From: Caulobacterales bacterium | GTDB lineage: Bacteria; Pseudomonadota; Alphaproteobacteria; Caulobacterales; Caulobacteraceae | Assembly (NCBI GenBank): GCA_947475655.1 | Contig: CANJOB010000001.1 | Coordinates: forward strand, 1-59,082 | Direction: 5' to 3' | DNA: 59,082 nt | Shown here: in pieces, positions 8,801-17,749 of the stretch | Numbering within the stretch: position 1 is the first letter of the stretch | Layout: each line of letters starts with the position of its first letter | Position numbers and translations under genes: made by a program | The notes under the pieces: model-generated | Seen by the model: the letters and a program-made list of their open reading frames with translations, nothing else | Database searches by the model: none | What the model was told of the DNA's origin: nothing

Positions 8801-9712
8801 ATGGCTGAACCCGTCCCCATCCCGGCCAGTGAAGCCGCCCCCGAGCGCGGGCGCAACCTCCGGCGAGCCTGCGACCTGTTCCAGCTGTTCAGCGGCGCCT
8901 GCGACCACGCGGCGCGGGAAGCCCTGGCCAAGAACGTGGCGCTGAACCTGCTGTTCGATCCCGGCCTGCGCGCGCACCGCTCGGTGCAGGCGCTCGACGC
9001 CTCGGCCGGGGTGCGGGCGATGATCGCCGCCATGCTGCAGCCGGCCGACCGTGGGGCCCTGTTGGTGCGCGCCGGCATCGGCCCCGATGGCCGGGAAGTG
9101 GCTATCACGGTATCCGGCCCGTTCCATCCCGGCCTGCGCCCCGACCCTGCCCTGTTCCGCCAGGCGGCGGCCTGCGCCCGCGCCCTGGACTGCCAGCTGG
9201 AGTTCGGCCAGGGCGATGGCCGGCTGATCCTGTCCATGGCCTTCCCGGCCCCGCCGGCCAGCCCGTCGGTGCTGCTGATAGAGGCGGACTGGCCCGCGCG
9301 GCAGGAGTCGGTCGATCGCCTCAACGCCTCCGGCTTCGAGGTCGACACGGCGACGAACGGCGAGGCGGCGCGGCGCATTCTGGCCGGCGGCGCGCCCATG
9401 GCCGTGCTTATCGATCTCTACATGGAAGACGAGGACGCCCTGGCGCTGTGCGGCCGGCTCAAGGTTCCCGGCGGCCCGCCGATTCTGGCCCTGACGCAGC
9501 CGGGTTGCGCCATCAGCGGCTGGGCCCTGGCCCAGGCCGGCTTCTCAGGCGCGCTGGAAAGTCCGGTCGACCCGCGGGTTCTGCAGACCGCGGTGGAGAC
9601 CGCCTCAGTCGAAGCGGCCGAACTCGAAACGGTTCAGGCCGGCGAAGACGCCGAGGAAGATGGCGATGATCAGGATAGCGACCATGGGGTATTGCGCTCC
9701 GCGGCTGGTTGA
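8801..9712 (+). CDS. Protein with an atypical C-terminal receiver domain
   Basis: RBS GAGGAGG; VLLIE..LIDLYM..PILALT receiver pattern; conserved KP replaced by SP. Confidence 0.65.
   Translation: MAEPVPIPASEAAPERGRNLRRACDLFQLFSGACDHAAREALAKNVALNLLFDPGLRAHRSVQALDASAGVRAMIAAMLQPADRGALLVRAGIGPDGREVAITVSGPFHPGLRPDPALFRQAAACARALDCQLEFGQGDGRLILSMAFPAPPASPSVLLIEADWPARQESVDRLNASGFEVDTATNGEAARRILAGGAPMAVLIDLYMEDEDALALCGRLKVPGGPPILALTQPGCAISGWALAQAGFSGALESPVDPRVLQTAVETASVEAAELETVQAGEDAEEDGDDQDSDHGVLRSAAG
9605..9685 (-). CDS. 26-aa small membrane protein MVAILIIAIFLGVFAGLNRFEFGRFD
   Basis: Hand translation; GGAG RBS upstream; mostly C/G-ending codons; one TM helix; not in the ORF track. Confidence 0.7.
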   Translation of the reverse strand: MVAILIIAIFLGVFAGLNRFEFGRFD

Positions 9713-9746
9713 CCCCGCTTAACGTCTGATCGACGCGGGGGCAAGG

Positions 9747-9778
9747 GTGCGGCGCCGGAGCTGAGGCCGGCGCCGCAC
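9747..9778. terminator. GC-rich hairpin downstream of the TonB receptor
   Basis: GTGCGGCGCCGG-N8-CCGGCGCCGCAC. Confidence 0.6.
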
Positions 9779-9793
9779 TCGCTTTATCCGCGC

Positions 9794-12265
9794 CTAGAAG
9801 TCCGCCCGCAGGGTGACGCCGTAGGTGCGCGGCGCGCCGAGGAAGGCGTTGAAGGCGCCGGCTTGCAGCGGCGGGCCAAAGGCCACCTGGAAGTAGTCCT
9901 CGTTCAGCAGATTGGCCCCGAACAGTTCGACCGACCAGCGGCCGTCCGCGTCGCCGACGCCGATACGGCCGTTCACAACCGTGAAAGCGCCTTGCACCTT
10001 GTTCGGGTCGAGGTCCGAGCCGGTGTTCTGTGAGGAGCTGTACTTGGCGCCGACGTTGGCCAGGAAGGCCAGGCCGTTGCCCATACCGTGCTTGTAGTCG
10101 AAGGCCAGGGAGCCGGAATACATCGGCGCGCCGGACAGGCGGCCGTTGCGCAGGTTGGGGAAGCCCGGGACGACATCGCTGCCGTACTCAGTCACCGCGT
10201 AAGTCAGGCCGCCCTGGGCGGTCAGGCCGCTGACCGGCGTGAACCAGACGAAGTCGGAATCGATGCCGTAGGACTTCACTTCCGGCACCGAGACCACCGT
10301 GAAGGTGACGCCGGTGAAGGCGTTGAGCTGGAAGTTCTTGAACTTGCTGCTGAAGGCCGTGGCGTTGAACAGCAGCGAGCGGTTGAGCAGGGTGCTCTTG
10401 AAGCCGGCCTCGAAGCTGTCGACGGTTTCGGCCGGGAAGGCGGTCGAGGCCTGCGGCACGATCGGTAGCGGCAGGGTCGGGGCGAAGGCGCCGCCGATGG
10501 TGCGGTCAAGGTTGAAGCCGCCGGCCTTGAAGCCGCGGGCATAGGACGCGTAGGTCATCAGCTGCGGCGACATGCGGTAGCTCGCGCGGAGAGCGCCGGA
10601 CAGATCCTTATCGTCGAGCTTCTGGGCCACGGCCCGGTTGCTGAACGCCGGGTTGGCCCAGGTCGGCACGCAGAGCGAACCGAGGATGCCCGGCAGGGCG
10701 CCGGGGATCGCCGCCGGCGGGACGCCGAGGCCGGCCAGGAAGGCGCCCATGGTCCCGTTGCTGGCGCGGGTGATGGCCGTGCCGCAGCCGACGCCGCCGT
10801 CGGTGTTGAGCTGCAGCGAGCTCATCTTCTTGTTTTCCATGGTGTAACGCAGGCCGAGCGTCAGGTCAAAGGCCTGGGTGACGTGGAAGCTGTTGTTGGT
10901 GAAGAAAGCCAGACTCTGGGTGCGCTGGCTGTAGTTGTCGGTCTGGCCCTGGCCCAGCGCATAACTGGTGTTGGGCGCGCGGCCGAGCAGGCCGGCGACG
11001 AAGTTGGGCGCGCCGGCGCCGCCGACCAGGGCCTGGGAGATCAGGCGGCCGAGGTACTGTTCGTAGGCCGAGCCGTAGCGGAAGTCCTGACCGGAGTGCA
11101 GCCGCTCGCTGGCGAAGAAGCCGCCGACCAGCCAGTCGAGCTTGTCGTTGCGGCCGGCCAGGCGCAGTTCCTGGGTCAGGGTGGCGAAGTGGGTGTTGGA
11201 GCCCTCGGCGGTGCGGTGGGCGACGTCCGCGGTCGAGAAGTCGATGTCGACGGCGTTGGAGGACTTCCAGTCGCGGAAGGCGCTGATCGAGGTCAGAGTC
11301 CCGAAGCTCAGGTCGACGTCGGCCTGGGCCGACAGGCCGCCGTCCTTGATTTTCTGGTCGGTGGGACGGTTGGCGCGCGCCACGCGGGCGTAGGGGTCGG
11401 CGACCGCCGCCGTGGCGCCGCCGGGGGTGGTGGCGTCGAGCGCCGCCTGGCTGGCTGTGCCGCGCTTGATGCTTACCGAGACGCAGCAGTTTTCGACGCG
11501 GTTGGTGTAGTCGCCGATGATGCGGATGCGCGCATCCTCGTTCGGCGTGATCAGCAGTTGGGCGCGCGAGGTGATGAAGCTCTGGTCGTTGTCCTTGGTG
11601 GCGGTGCGCGGGCCGGCGCCGGTGAGGACGTCGTAGTAGCCCTCGCGCTCGCGGCCGGCGATATAGATGCTGCCCGCCACCACGTCCTGGATCAGAGCGC
11701 CCGTGGCGTGGATGGCGGCGCCGTAGGCGTCGTAGTTGCCGTAGGTGATCTCGCCGCCCAGGCCGGGCGTGAAGCTGGGGGCCTCGGTGATGACGTTGAT
11801 CACCCCGGCGGAGGTGTTCTTGCCGAACAGCGTGCCTTGCGGCCCTTTTAGGACCTCGATGCGGGCCAGCGACCCGAGGTCGTTGTAGGCGACGCCGTTA
11901 CGCGGCCGGTAAACGCCGTCGATCACCACCCCGACCGAGGATTCCAGGCCGGAGTTGTCGCCGACCGTGCCGACGCCGCGGATGCGGGCGGTGGTGCTGG
12001 TCTCGTTGGTGGTGGAGGTGACGTTCAGGCCGGGGGTGAGGAGCTGAAGGTCCTTGATGTCCTTCACGCCGCTGTTCTGGAGCATCTCGCCGGTCAGGGC
12101 GGTGATGACGATCGGCACGTCCTGCAGGTTCTGTTCGCGCTTCTGGGCGGTGACGATGATGCTGTCCACCGTCGCCGCGTCCTGGGCCAGGGCCGGCCCT
12201 CCGGCGATAATGGCCACAGTCATGGCGGCCAGCGAGACGCCGCGCAGCATACGTAGATCGGTCAT
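9794..12265 (-). CDS. TonB-dependent receptor
   Basis: Signal peptide, TonB box DSIIVTAQKR, IEVLKGPQGTLFGKN, C-terminal PRTYGVTLRADF. Confidence 0.95.
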   Translation of the reverse strand: MTDLRMLRGVSLAAMTVAIIAGGPALAQDAATVDSIIVTAQKREQNLQDVPIVITALTGEMLQNSGVKDIKDLQLLTPGLNVTSTTNETSTTARIRGVGTVGDNSGLESSVGVVIDGVYRPRNGVAYNDLGSLARIEVLKGPQGTLFGKNTSAGVINVITEAPSFTPGLGGEITYGNYDAYGAAIHATGALIQDVVAGSIYIAGREREGYYDVLTGAGPRTATKDNDQSFITSRAQLLITPNEDARIRIIGDYTNRVENCCVSVSIKRGTASQAALDATTPGGATAAVADPYARVARANRPTDQKIKDGGLSAQADVDLSFGTLTSISAFRDWKSSNAVDIDFSTADVAHRTAEGSNTHFATLTQELRLAGRNDKLDWLVGGFFASERLHSGQDFRYGSAYEQYLGRLISQALVGGAGAPNFVAGLLGRAPNTSYALGQGQTDNYSQRTQSLAFFTNNSFHVTQAFDLTLGLRYTMENKKMSSLQLNTDGGVGCGTAITRASNGTMGAFLAGLGVPPAAIPGALPGILGSLCVPTWANPAFSNRAVAQKLDDKDLSGALRASYRMSPQLMTYASYARGFKAGGFNLDRTIGGAFAPTLPLPIVPQASTAFPAETVDSFEAGFKSTLLNRSLLFNATAFSSKFKNFQLNAFTGVTFTVVSVPEVKSYGIDSDFVWFTPVSGLTAQGGLTYAVTEYGSDVVPGFPNLRNGRLSGAPMYSGSLAFDYKHGMGNGLAFLANVGAKYSSSQNTGSDLDPNKVQGAFTVVNGRIGVGDADGRWSVELFGANLLNEDYFQVAFGPPLQAGAFNAFLGAPRTYGVTLRADF

Positions 12266-12448
12266 CCGATTCCCTTTCGTTTCCACCTGTGAGGCGGCCG
12301 ACCGCCTCGAGCGCCCCTGATCTGCATCGCCAGGGGTCAAGTTTTCGTTGATCACGTAACGCCGCGATTCCTTGCGGGGCAAGCCCTCGCGTGGCTTTGG
12401 GGGCGTCCGTGTGGCGAAAACTCCGCAGGTGCGGCCCGATTGCCGCGG

Positions 12449-13579
12449 TCAGGCGGATTTGGGGACCATCCTGCGCAACACCAGACCGCCGAGCAGGGCC
12501 GCGGCGACCGAGCCGGCCAGGATGCCCGCCTTAACTTGGCCCGCGTGGGCGCTGTCGGCGGGGAAGGCCAGGGCGGCCAGGTACAGGCTCATCGTGAAAC
12601 CCACCCCGCAAAGCAGCGAGGCGCCGACGATGTCGCGCCACTGCAGGCCGGCGGGCCGCGCCGCCAGGCCAAGGCCGCAGGCCAGGGCGGCGGCGGCGAG
12701 CACGCCCAGCGGCTTGCCGATGACCAGCCCCGCCGCCACCCCCAGGCTGACCGGCGCCAGCAGCGCTCCGTCGCCGAGGCCGGAGAAGGAGACCCCGGCG
12801 GCCGTGAAGGCGAACAGCGGCAAGACCAGCAGCGCCATCCATGGCGCCAGGCGCTGTTGGTAGGACTGAAGCCGCCGGTCGGGAACCATCAGGGCGACGG
12901 CGACTCCAGCCAGGGAGGTGGAGACTCCGGCCTTGATCATCAGCACCAGCACCACGAGGAAGGCGACGGCGAAGACAGCGCCGGGCGTCCCGCGCCAGCG
13001 GCCGATCAAGGCCGTCGCGGCCAGGACGAGGGCTGACAGGATCAGCGGCGTGGCGGCGGCGGATTGGCTGTAGAGCACGGCGATCAGGGCCACGGCGCCC
13101 AGGTCGTCGACCACAGCCAAGGTCAGCAGGAACAGCCGCAAGCTCGGATGCGCGCCCGGCGCGGCGATGGCCAGGGCGGCCAGGGCGAAGGCGATGTCGG
13201 TGGCCACGGGGACCGGCCATCCTTCAGGGTGTCCGCCCGCACCCAGATTGAGCGCGACGTAGACCGCGGCGGGCGCGATCATGCCGCCGATCGCGGCGGC
13301 GGCGGGGAGCATGGCGCGGTGCCAGGACGCCAGTTCGCCGTGCCGCAGCTCATGCTTGATCTCCAGGCCGACGACGAAGAAGAACACCGCCATCGGCCCC
13401 TCCTTGATCCAGTCGGCGAGGCTGTGCGCGCCCAGGCCTGGAACGGCCAGGGAGGCGCCCGTGGCAGCCGCGTAGGCGCCGCTCAGGGGCGAGTTGGCGA
13501 CGATCACGGCCAGCAGGGCGGCGCCGGCGACGATCAGGCCCGAACCCGCGTCGGAGGTAAGGCGCTGCAAGGCTTTCAT
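12449..13579 (-). CDS. nhaA: Na+/H+ antiporter NhaA
   Basis: FFFVVGLEIKHE, ATDIAFAL, AVVDDLGA and CGVGFTMSLY motifs; start MKALQRL. Confidence 0.92.
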   Translation of the reverse strand: MKALQRLTSDAGSGLIVAGAALLAVIVANSPLSGAYAAATGASLAVPGLGAHSLADWIKEGPMAVFFFVVGLEIKHELRHGELASWHRAMLPAAAAIGGMIAPAAVYVALNLGAGGHPEGWPVPVATDIAFALAALAIAAPGAHPSLRLFLLTLAVVDDLGAVALIAVLYSQSAAATPLILSALVLAATALIGRWRGTPGAVFAVAFLVVLVLMIKAGVSTSLAGVAVALMVPDRRLQSYQQRLAPWMALLVLPLFAFTAAGVSFSGLGDGALLAPVSLGVAAGLVIGKPLGVLAAAALACGLGLAARPAGLQWRDIVGASLLCGVGFTMSLYLAALAFPADSAHAGQVKAGILAGSVAAALLGGLVLRRMVPKSA

Positions 13580-13627
13580 GCCGTCAGGCCTAGCATGCAC
13601 CGCGCGGATGGCGCATCTGAAAGGAGA

Positions 13628-15073
13628 ATGCCCGTATCGCCCGCATATCGCCCCGACCCGCGTTTCATGACTCTCGGCCCGGAGTTCGCCGACGAGGTCG
13701 CGCCGGCCGATTTCCCCACCAGCATGCTGCGTCACCGCCACCAGCGGGCGGCGGCGACGGTGGGGCTCGATACCCTGACCGACGACGAATGGCTGGCGCA
13801 TTTCGCCCGCTTCGAGCCGTTGCCGGACAATCAGCCCAAACCCCTGGCCATGCGCTATCACGGCCACCAGTTCCGCACCTACAATCCCGACCTCGGCGAC
13901 GGACGCGGCTTCCTGTTCGCTCAGCTGCGCGAGGCTGAAAGGGGCCGCCTGCTCGATCTGGCGACCAAGGGCTCGGGCCAGACACCCTATTCCCGCACCG
14001 CCGACGGCCGGCTGACGCTCAAGGGCGGCATGCGCGAGGTGCTGGCGGCGGCGATGCTGGAGACTCTGGGCGTGCCGACCAGCCGCGCCTTCAGCCTGGT
14101 GGAGACCGGTGAGGAACTGACCCGCGGCGACGAGCCCAGCCCGACGCGATCGGGGGTGCTGACCCGGCTGTCGCACAGCCACATCCGCTTCGGCAGCTTC
14201 CAGCGCCACGCCTATTTCGACCGCGCCGACCTGGTCGGCCAGCTGACCGCCCACGCGTTGGAATGCTATTTCCCTCAAGCCGCGGATGCGCCCGATCCGG
14301 GCATCGCCCTGCTGGAATGCGCCGCCCGCGCCACCGGCCGCCTGGCCGCGCGCTGGATGGCGGCCGGCTTCGTGCACGGGGTGCTGAACACCGACAACAT
14401 GGTCGTCACCGGCGAGAGCTTCGACTACGGCCCCTGGCGGTTCCTGCCCAGGAGCGACCCCACCTTCACCGCCGCCTATTTCGATTACAGCGGCCTCTAT
14501 GCTTTCGGCCGCCAGCCGCAGACCGCGTTCTGGAACCTGGAGCAGCTGGGCGGCTGCCTGTCGCTGATCAGTCCGAACAGCGGCCTGATCGAGGCGTTGG
14601 AGCTGTTCGGCCCGGCCTATCAGGAAGAGCTGGCCACGGCCGTCACCGCGCGGCTGGGCGTCGTTCCCCGCGGGTATGACAGCGATTTCGGCCTGGCCCA
14701 GACCGCCTTCGCGGCCCTGGCGGCGGGGGGCGAGGCCCTGCGCTGGGAGCCGTTCTTCTTCGACTGGTTCTGCGGCGCGGCATCCGAGCGGCGGGCGCTG
14801 GAGAGCCCGCGCGGCCCGCTCTACATGGGCGACGATTTCGTCGAATTCCGCCGGCGCCTGGAAGGCTACGCCCCGGCCCGGCCGGAGGTGCTCGACACGC
14901 CGGTGTTCGCCGCCGACTGGCCGCAGGAAATGCTGATCGCCGAGGTCGAGAACCTGTGGGCCGCCATCGCCTATCAGGAGGACTGGCAGCCCCTGTCCGC
15001 CAAGCTGGCGGCGCTGGAGGCGGCCCGGCTGGCCTACGGCCTGGACGCGGGGTTCGGGCGCGCGCAACCTTAA
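13628..15073 (+). CDS. selO: Protein adenylyltransferase SelO/YdiU
   Basis: YHGHQF..LGDGRG, KGSGQTPYSR.ADGR, GFVHGVLNTDN and DYGP motifs; RBS AAGGAG. Confidence 0.92.
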   Translation: MPVSPAYRPDPRFMTLGPEFADEVAPADFPTSMLRHRHQRAAATVGLDTLTDDEWLAHFARFEPLPDNQPKPLAMRYHGHQFRTYNPDLGDGRGFLFAQLREAERGRLLDLATKGSGQTPYSRTADGRLTLKGGMREVLAAAMLETLGVPTSRAFSLVETGEELTRGDEPSPTRSGVLTRLSHSHIRFGSFQRHAYFDRADLVGQLTAHALECYFPQAADAPDPGIALLECAARATGRLAARWMAAGFVHGVLNTDNMVVTGESFDYGPWRFLPRSDPTFTAAYFDYSGLYAFGRQPQTAFWNLEQLGGCLSLISPNSGLIEALELFGPAYQEELATAVTARLGVVPRGYDSDFGLAQTAFAALAAGGEALRWEPFFFDWFCGAASERRALESPRGPLYMGDDFVEFRRRLEGYAPARPEVLDTPVFAADWPQEMLIAEVENLWAAIAYQEDWQPLSAKLAALEAARLAYGLDAGFGRAQP

Positions 15074-15138
15074 CTGTCAGGCGGGAGTTAGGCGTCCATG
15101 AAATTTCCGCGCCTGCGCTCGGCCGCCGCCTTTAAGCA

Positions 15139-16362
15139 ATGGGTCCCGGCCTGGTCACCGGGGCGGCGGACGACGATCCCAGCGGCATAGCCACCTATTC
15201 CCAGGCCGGGGCGCGGTTCGGTTTCGACCTGCTGTGGACCATGGGCCTGACCTTCCCGCTGATGGTGGCGGTGCAGCTGGTGGCGGCGCGGATCGGCCGT
15301 GTCACCGGCCAGGGCCTCGCGGCCAACATGCGCGCGGTGCTGCCGGGCCCCTTGGTCGGGACTCTGGTGCTGATGCTGTTCATCGCCAACACCATCAACA
15401 TCGGCGCCGACCTGGCGGCCATGGGGGCGGCCGCGGCCCTGGTGGTTCCGCTAGATCCGCAGATCTTCGTCATCGGCTTCGCCCTGCTGTCGCTGGGTCT
15501 GCAGCTGTTCATTCCCTACCACCGCTACGCCGGCCTGCTGAAATGGCTGACCCTGGTGCTGCTGGCCTATGTGGCGGTGCTGTTCGCGGTGAAGCTGGAC
15601 TGGGGGGAAGTCGGTCTGGCCCTGATCCATCCGAAGGCGCCGTCGGACGCTAAAGAACTGCAGATGATCGTCGCCATCTTCGGCACCACCATCAGCCCTT
15701 ACCTGTTCTTCTGGCAGAGCAGTCAGGAGGTGGAGGAGATCGGCCAGCACCCGTCAGAACTGGCGCTGCGCTACGCCCCCAGCCAGGCCAAGGCCCAGTT
15801 CGGCCGCATCCGTTTCGACACCATCGCCGGCATGGCGGTGTCGAACCTGATCGCCATAGCCATCATCATCTGCACCGCCGCCACCCTGCACGTAGGCGGG
15901 ACGGGCAATATCGAAACCGCCGCCGACGCGGCGCAGGCGTTGCGGCCCGCAGCCGGAGACTTCGCCTTCGCCCTTTTCAGCCTGGGTATCATCGGCACCG
16001 GCCTGCTGGCCGTCCCGGTCCTGGCCGGATCGGCCGCCTATGCGGTGGGCGAGTCGCGCGGTTGGAAGACGGGCCTGGAGAACAGGCCGTGGGAGGCGCG
16101 CGGCTTCTACACCATCATCGGCCTGGCGACGCTGTTTGGCCTGGGGATCAACTACGTCGGCCTCGACCCGATCAAGGCCCTGATCTGGAGCGCCATCCTC
16201 AACGGCGTTATCGCCGTGCCGATCATGGCGGCCATGATGGTGGTGGCCGCGCGGCGGGCGCAGCTGGGGCGCTTTGTCGCCGGGCCGGTGCTGCTGCTGT
16301 TCGGCTGGGCCGCCACGGCGGTGATGGCGGCGGCAGTGATCGCCATGTTCGTCGTGCGCTGA
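15139..16362 (+). CDS. NRAMP-family divalent metal transporter (start uncertain)
   Basis: GPGLVTGAADDDPSGIATYSQAG and GTTISPYLFFWQ motifs; about 11 TM segments. Confidence 0.88.
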   Translation: MGPGLVTGAADDDPSGIATYSQAGARFGFDLLWTMGLTFPLMVAVQLVAARIGRVTGQGLAANMRAVLPGPLVGTLVLMLFIANTINIGADLAAMGAAAALVVPLDPQIFVIGFALLSLGLQLFIPYHRYAGLLKWLTLVLLAYVAVLFAVKLDWGEVGLALIHPKAPSDAKELQMIVAIFGTTISPYLFFWQSSQEVEEIGQHPSELALRYAPSQAKAQFGRIRFDTIAGMAVSNLIAIAIIICTAATLHVGGTGNIETAADAAQALRPAAGDFAFALFSLGIIGTGLLAVPVLAGSAAYAVGESRGWKTGLENRPWEARGFYTIIGLATLFGLGINYVGLDPIKALIWSAILNGVIAVPIMAAMMVVAARRAQLGRFVAGPVLLLFGWAATAVMAAAVIAMFVVR

Positions 16363-16372
16363 ATCACGATGA

Positions 16373-16416
16373 GGGCGGGTTGAGGAAAACCGCTGCGCAC
16401 TTTCCTCAACCCGCCC
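16373..16416. repeat. Perfect 16-bp-stem hairpin resembling a half unit of the CIR-like repeat
   Basis: GGGCGGGTTGAGGAAA-ACCGCTGCGCAC-TTTCCTCAACCCGCCC; loop resembles AAACCGCTCACACTTT of the full copies. Confidence 0.6.
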
Positions 16417-16470
16417 ACCGGAACAGCAAGGCTTGTTCCCACGTTCTGCTGAGGAAGTGGAGTTTAGGTC

Positions 16471-16656
16471 ATGACTGGTCTGATCAAGAAGACGTCGGAC
16501 GGCGACAAGCCGTCGAACCGCGCCGCCGAAATGGTCGAGGAGGCGCGCAAGAAGGAAGGCGAGGCCTCGCAGACGCCGCTGGCGGAGACCCTGCTCGGCG
16601 ACGACGAGTCCGGCGGCCGGGCCGGCCAGGGCGGCATGGGCGGCCCCGCCTCCTGA
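16471..16656 (+). CDS. Small hydrophilic hypothetical protein (61 aa)
   Basis: GGAG RBS; host-like codon usage. Confidence 0.65.
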   Translation: MTGLIKKTSDGDKPSNRAAEMVEEARKKEGEASQTPLAETLLGDDESGGRAGQGGMGGPAS

Positions 16657-16762
16657 GAGCCTGTCAGGCGAAGTGTGAGCGGTTCGCCGCCCGGACAGGC
16701 TCGCTCTTGAAAACAGAGCCTTCTTCCCGGTTCAGATAAGCATCTGAACCGGGAAGGCCCTG
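16655..16762 (+). repeat. CIR/RIME-like double-hairpin intergenic repeat, copy 1
   Basis: GAGCCTGTC..GACAGGCTC arm, linker, then GCCTTC..CCGGTTCAGAT-AAGC-ATCTGAACCGG..GAAGGC arm. Confidence 0.85.
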
Positions 16763-16784
16763 CGAAGCGGGGCGCCTCTAAGCG

Positions 16785-17498
16785 CTACGGCTTGCGGAAG
16801 ACCAGGATGAACTGGTCGGTCTTGCCACGCACGGACGGATCGGTGACGCCGATGTTCTTCGGGTCGGTGTCGCGGGCCAGGGCGTCGCTGCGGCGCAGCA
16901 GCTTGAAGCCGGCGGCCTCGACTTCCTTGATCACCATGGCCGGGTCGATGCGGTGCAGCGGTTCGGACACGATGCCCGGGAGGGCGCGGTGGTCGAGGAT
17001 CACGAAGGTCCCGCCGCGCTTCAGCACGCTGAATACCGCCGCGTTGACCGGGGCCGGATCGCCGCCGCGGTTGTGCAGGTCGTGGTAGTTGCGCGAGGTG
17101 AACACCACGTCGGCGGGGGCCGGGGTCTTCAGGTTACGCAAGGCGGTGGGGATGATGTCGACGTTGGGATAGTTGGCGTTGTCGGCGTCGATGGCGCGGA
17201 CGGCGGCGTTGCCCATGTTGCCGGAGGCGGTCCAGACGCTGCCGCGCGGGCCGACGATCTTGCTCCAGATACGGGTGTAGTAGCCACCGCCCGGCATCAG
17301 GTCGACGACCTTCTGGCCGGGACGCACCCCAGCCACGCCGAGCACGGTGGCGACGTGGCGTTCGGCGTCCTGGTCCTTATCGGCGGTGGGGCGGCCGGCG
17401 TCGTCGATCGCCGCCTTGTAGAGGGCCGGCTGAGCCATGGCGGCGCTGCTGATCAGGGCGCAGGCGCCCAGGGCCATCAGCCATTGAAACTTACGCAT
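16785..17498 (-). CDS. Exported class I SAM-methyltransferase-fold protein (COG4798-like)
   Basis: Signal peptide; VVDLMPGGGYYT, NYHDL, LKRGG.F.ILDH and KTDQF motifs. Confidence 0.82.
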   Translation of the reverse strand: MRKFQWLMALGACALISSAAMAQPALYKAAIDDAGRPTADKDQDAERHVATVLGVAGVRPGQKVVDLMPGGGYYTRIWSKIVGPRGSVWTASGNMGNAAVRAIDADNANYPNVDIIPTALRNLKTPAPADVVFTSRNYHDLHNRGGDPAPVNAAVFSVLKRGGTFVILDHRALPGIVSEPLHRIDPAMVIKEVEAAGFKLLRRSDALARDTDPKNIGVTDPSVRGKTDQFILVFRKP

Positions 17499-17749
17499 CG
17501 TGTCAGTCCTCCCAGACCTAGATTTTGAAGCGTGACCCTAACACGGACTTTCCGGCTTCTTCGAGGCAAGGTTTTGAGATGGGCGATATCCGTCTCCGAA
17601 GCCGGGCCAAACCTGATCGGCGATCACCCAGGACGGCCCAGCGCTTGCCAACCGGCCAAAAAGGGAGAAGACTTTCCGCCCGAAGACCTGGGCCCCGCAG
17701 ACGGGCCAGGTCTTCATTCCTTTGGAGGCCGCGTCGGGCGGCTCGCGAC

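Noticed and set aside
12266-12448. Riboswitch upstream of the TonB receptor
   Set aside because: No recognisable cobalamin, TPP or other aptamer motif
12449-15067. 872-aa ORF as an NhaA fusion
   Set aside because: The N-terminal ~495 aa are the antisense shadow of selO; NhaA starts near 13579
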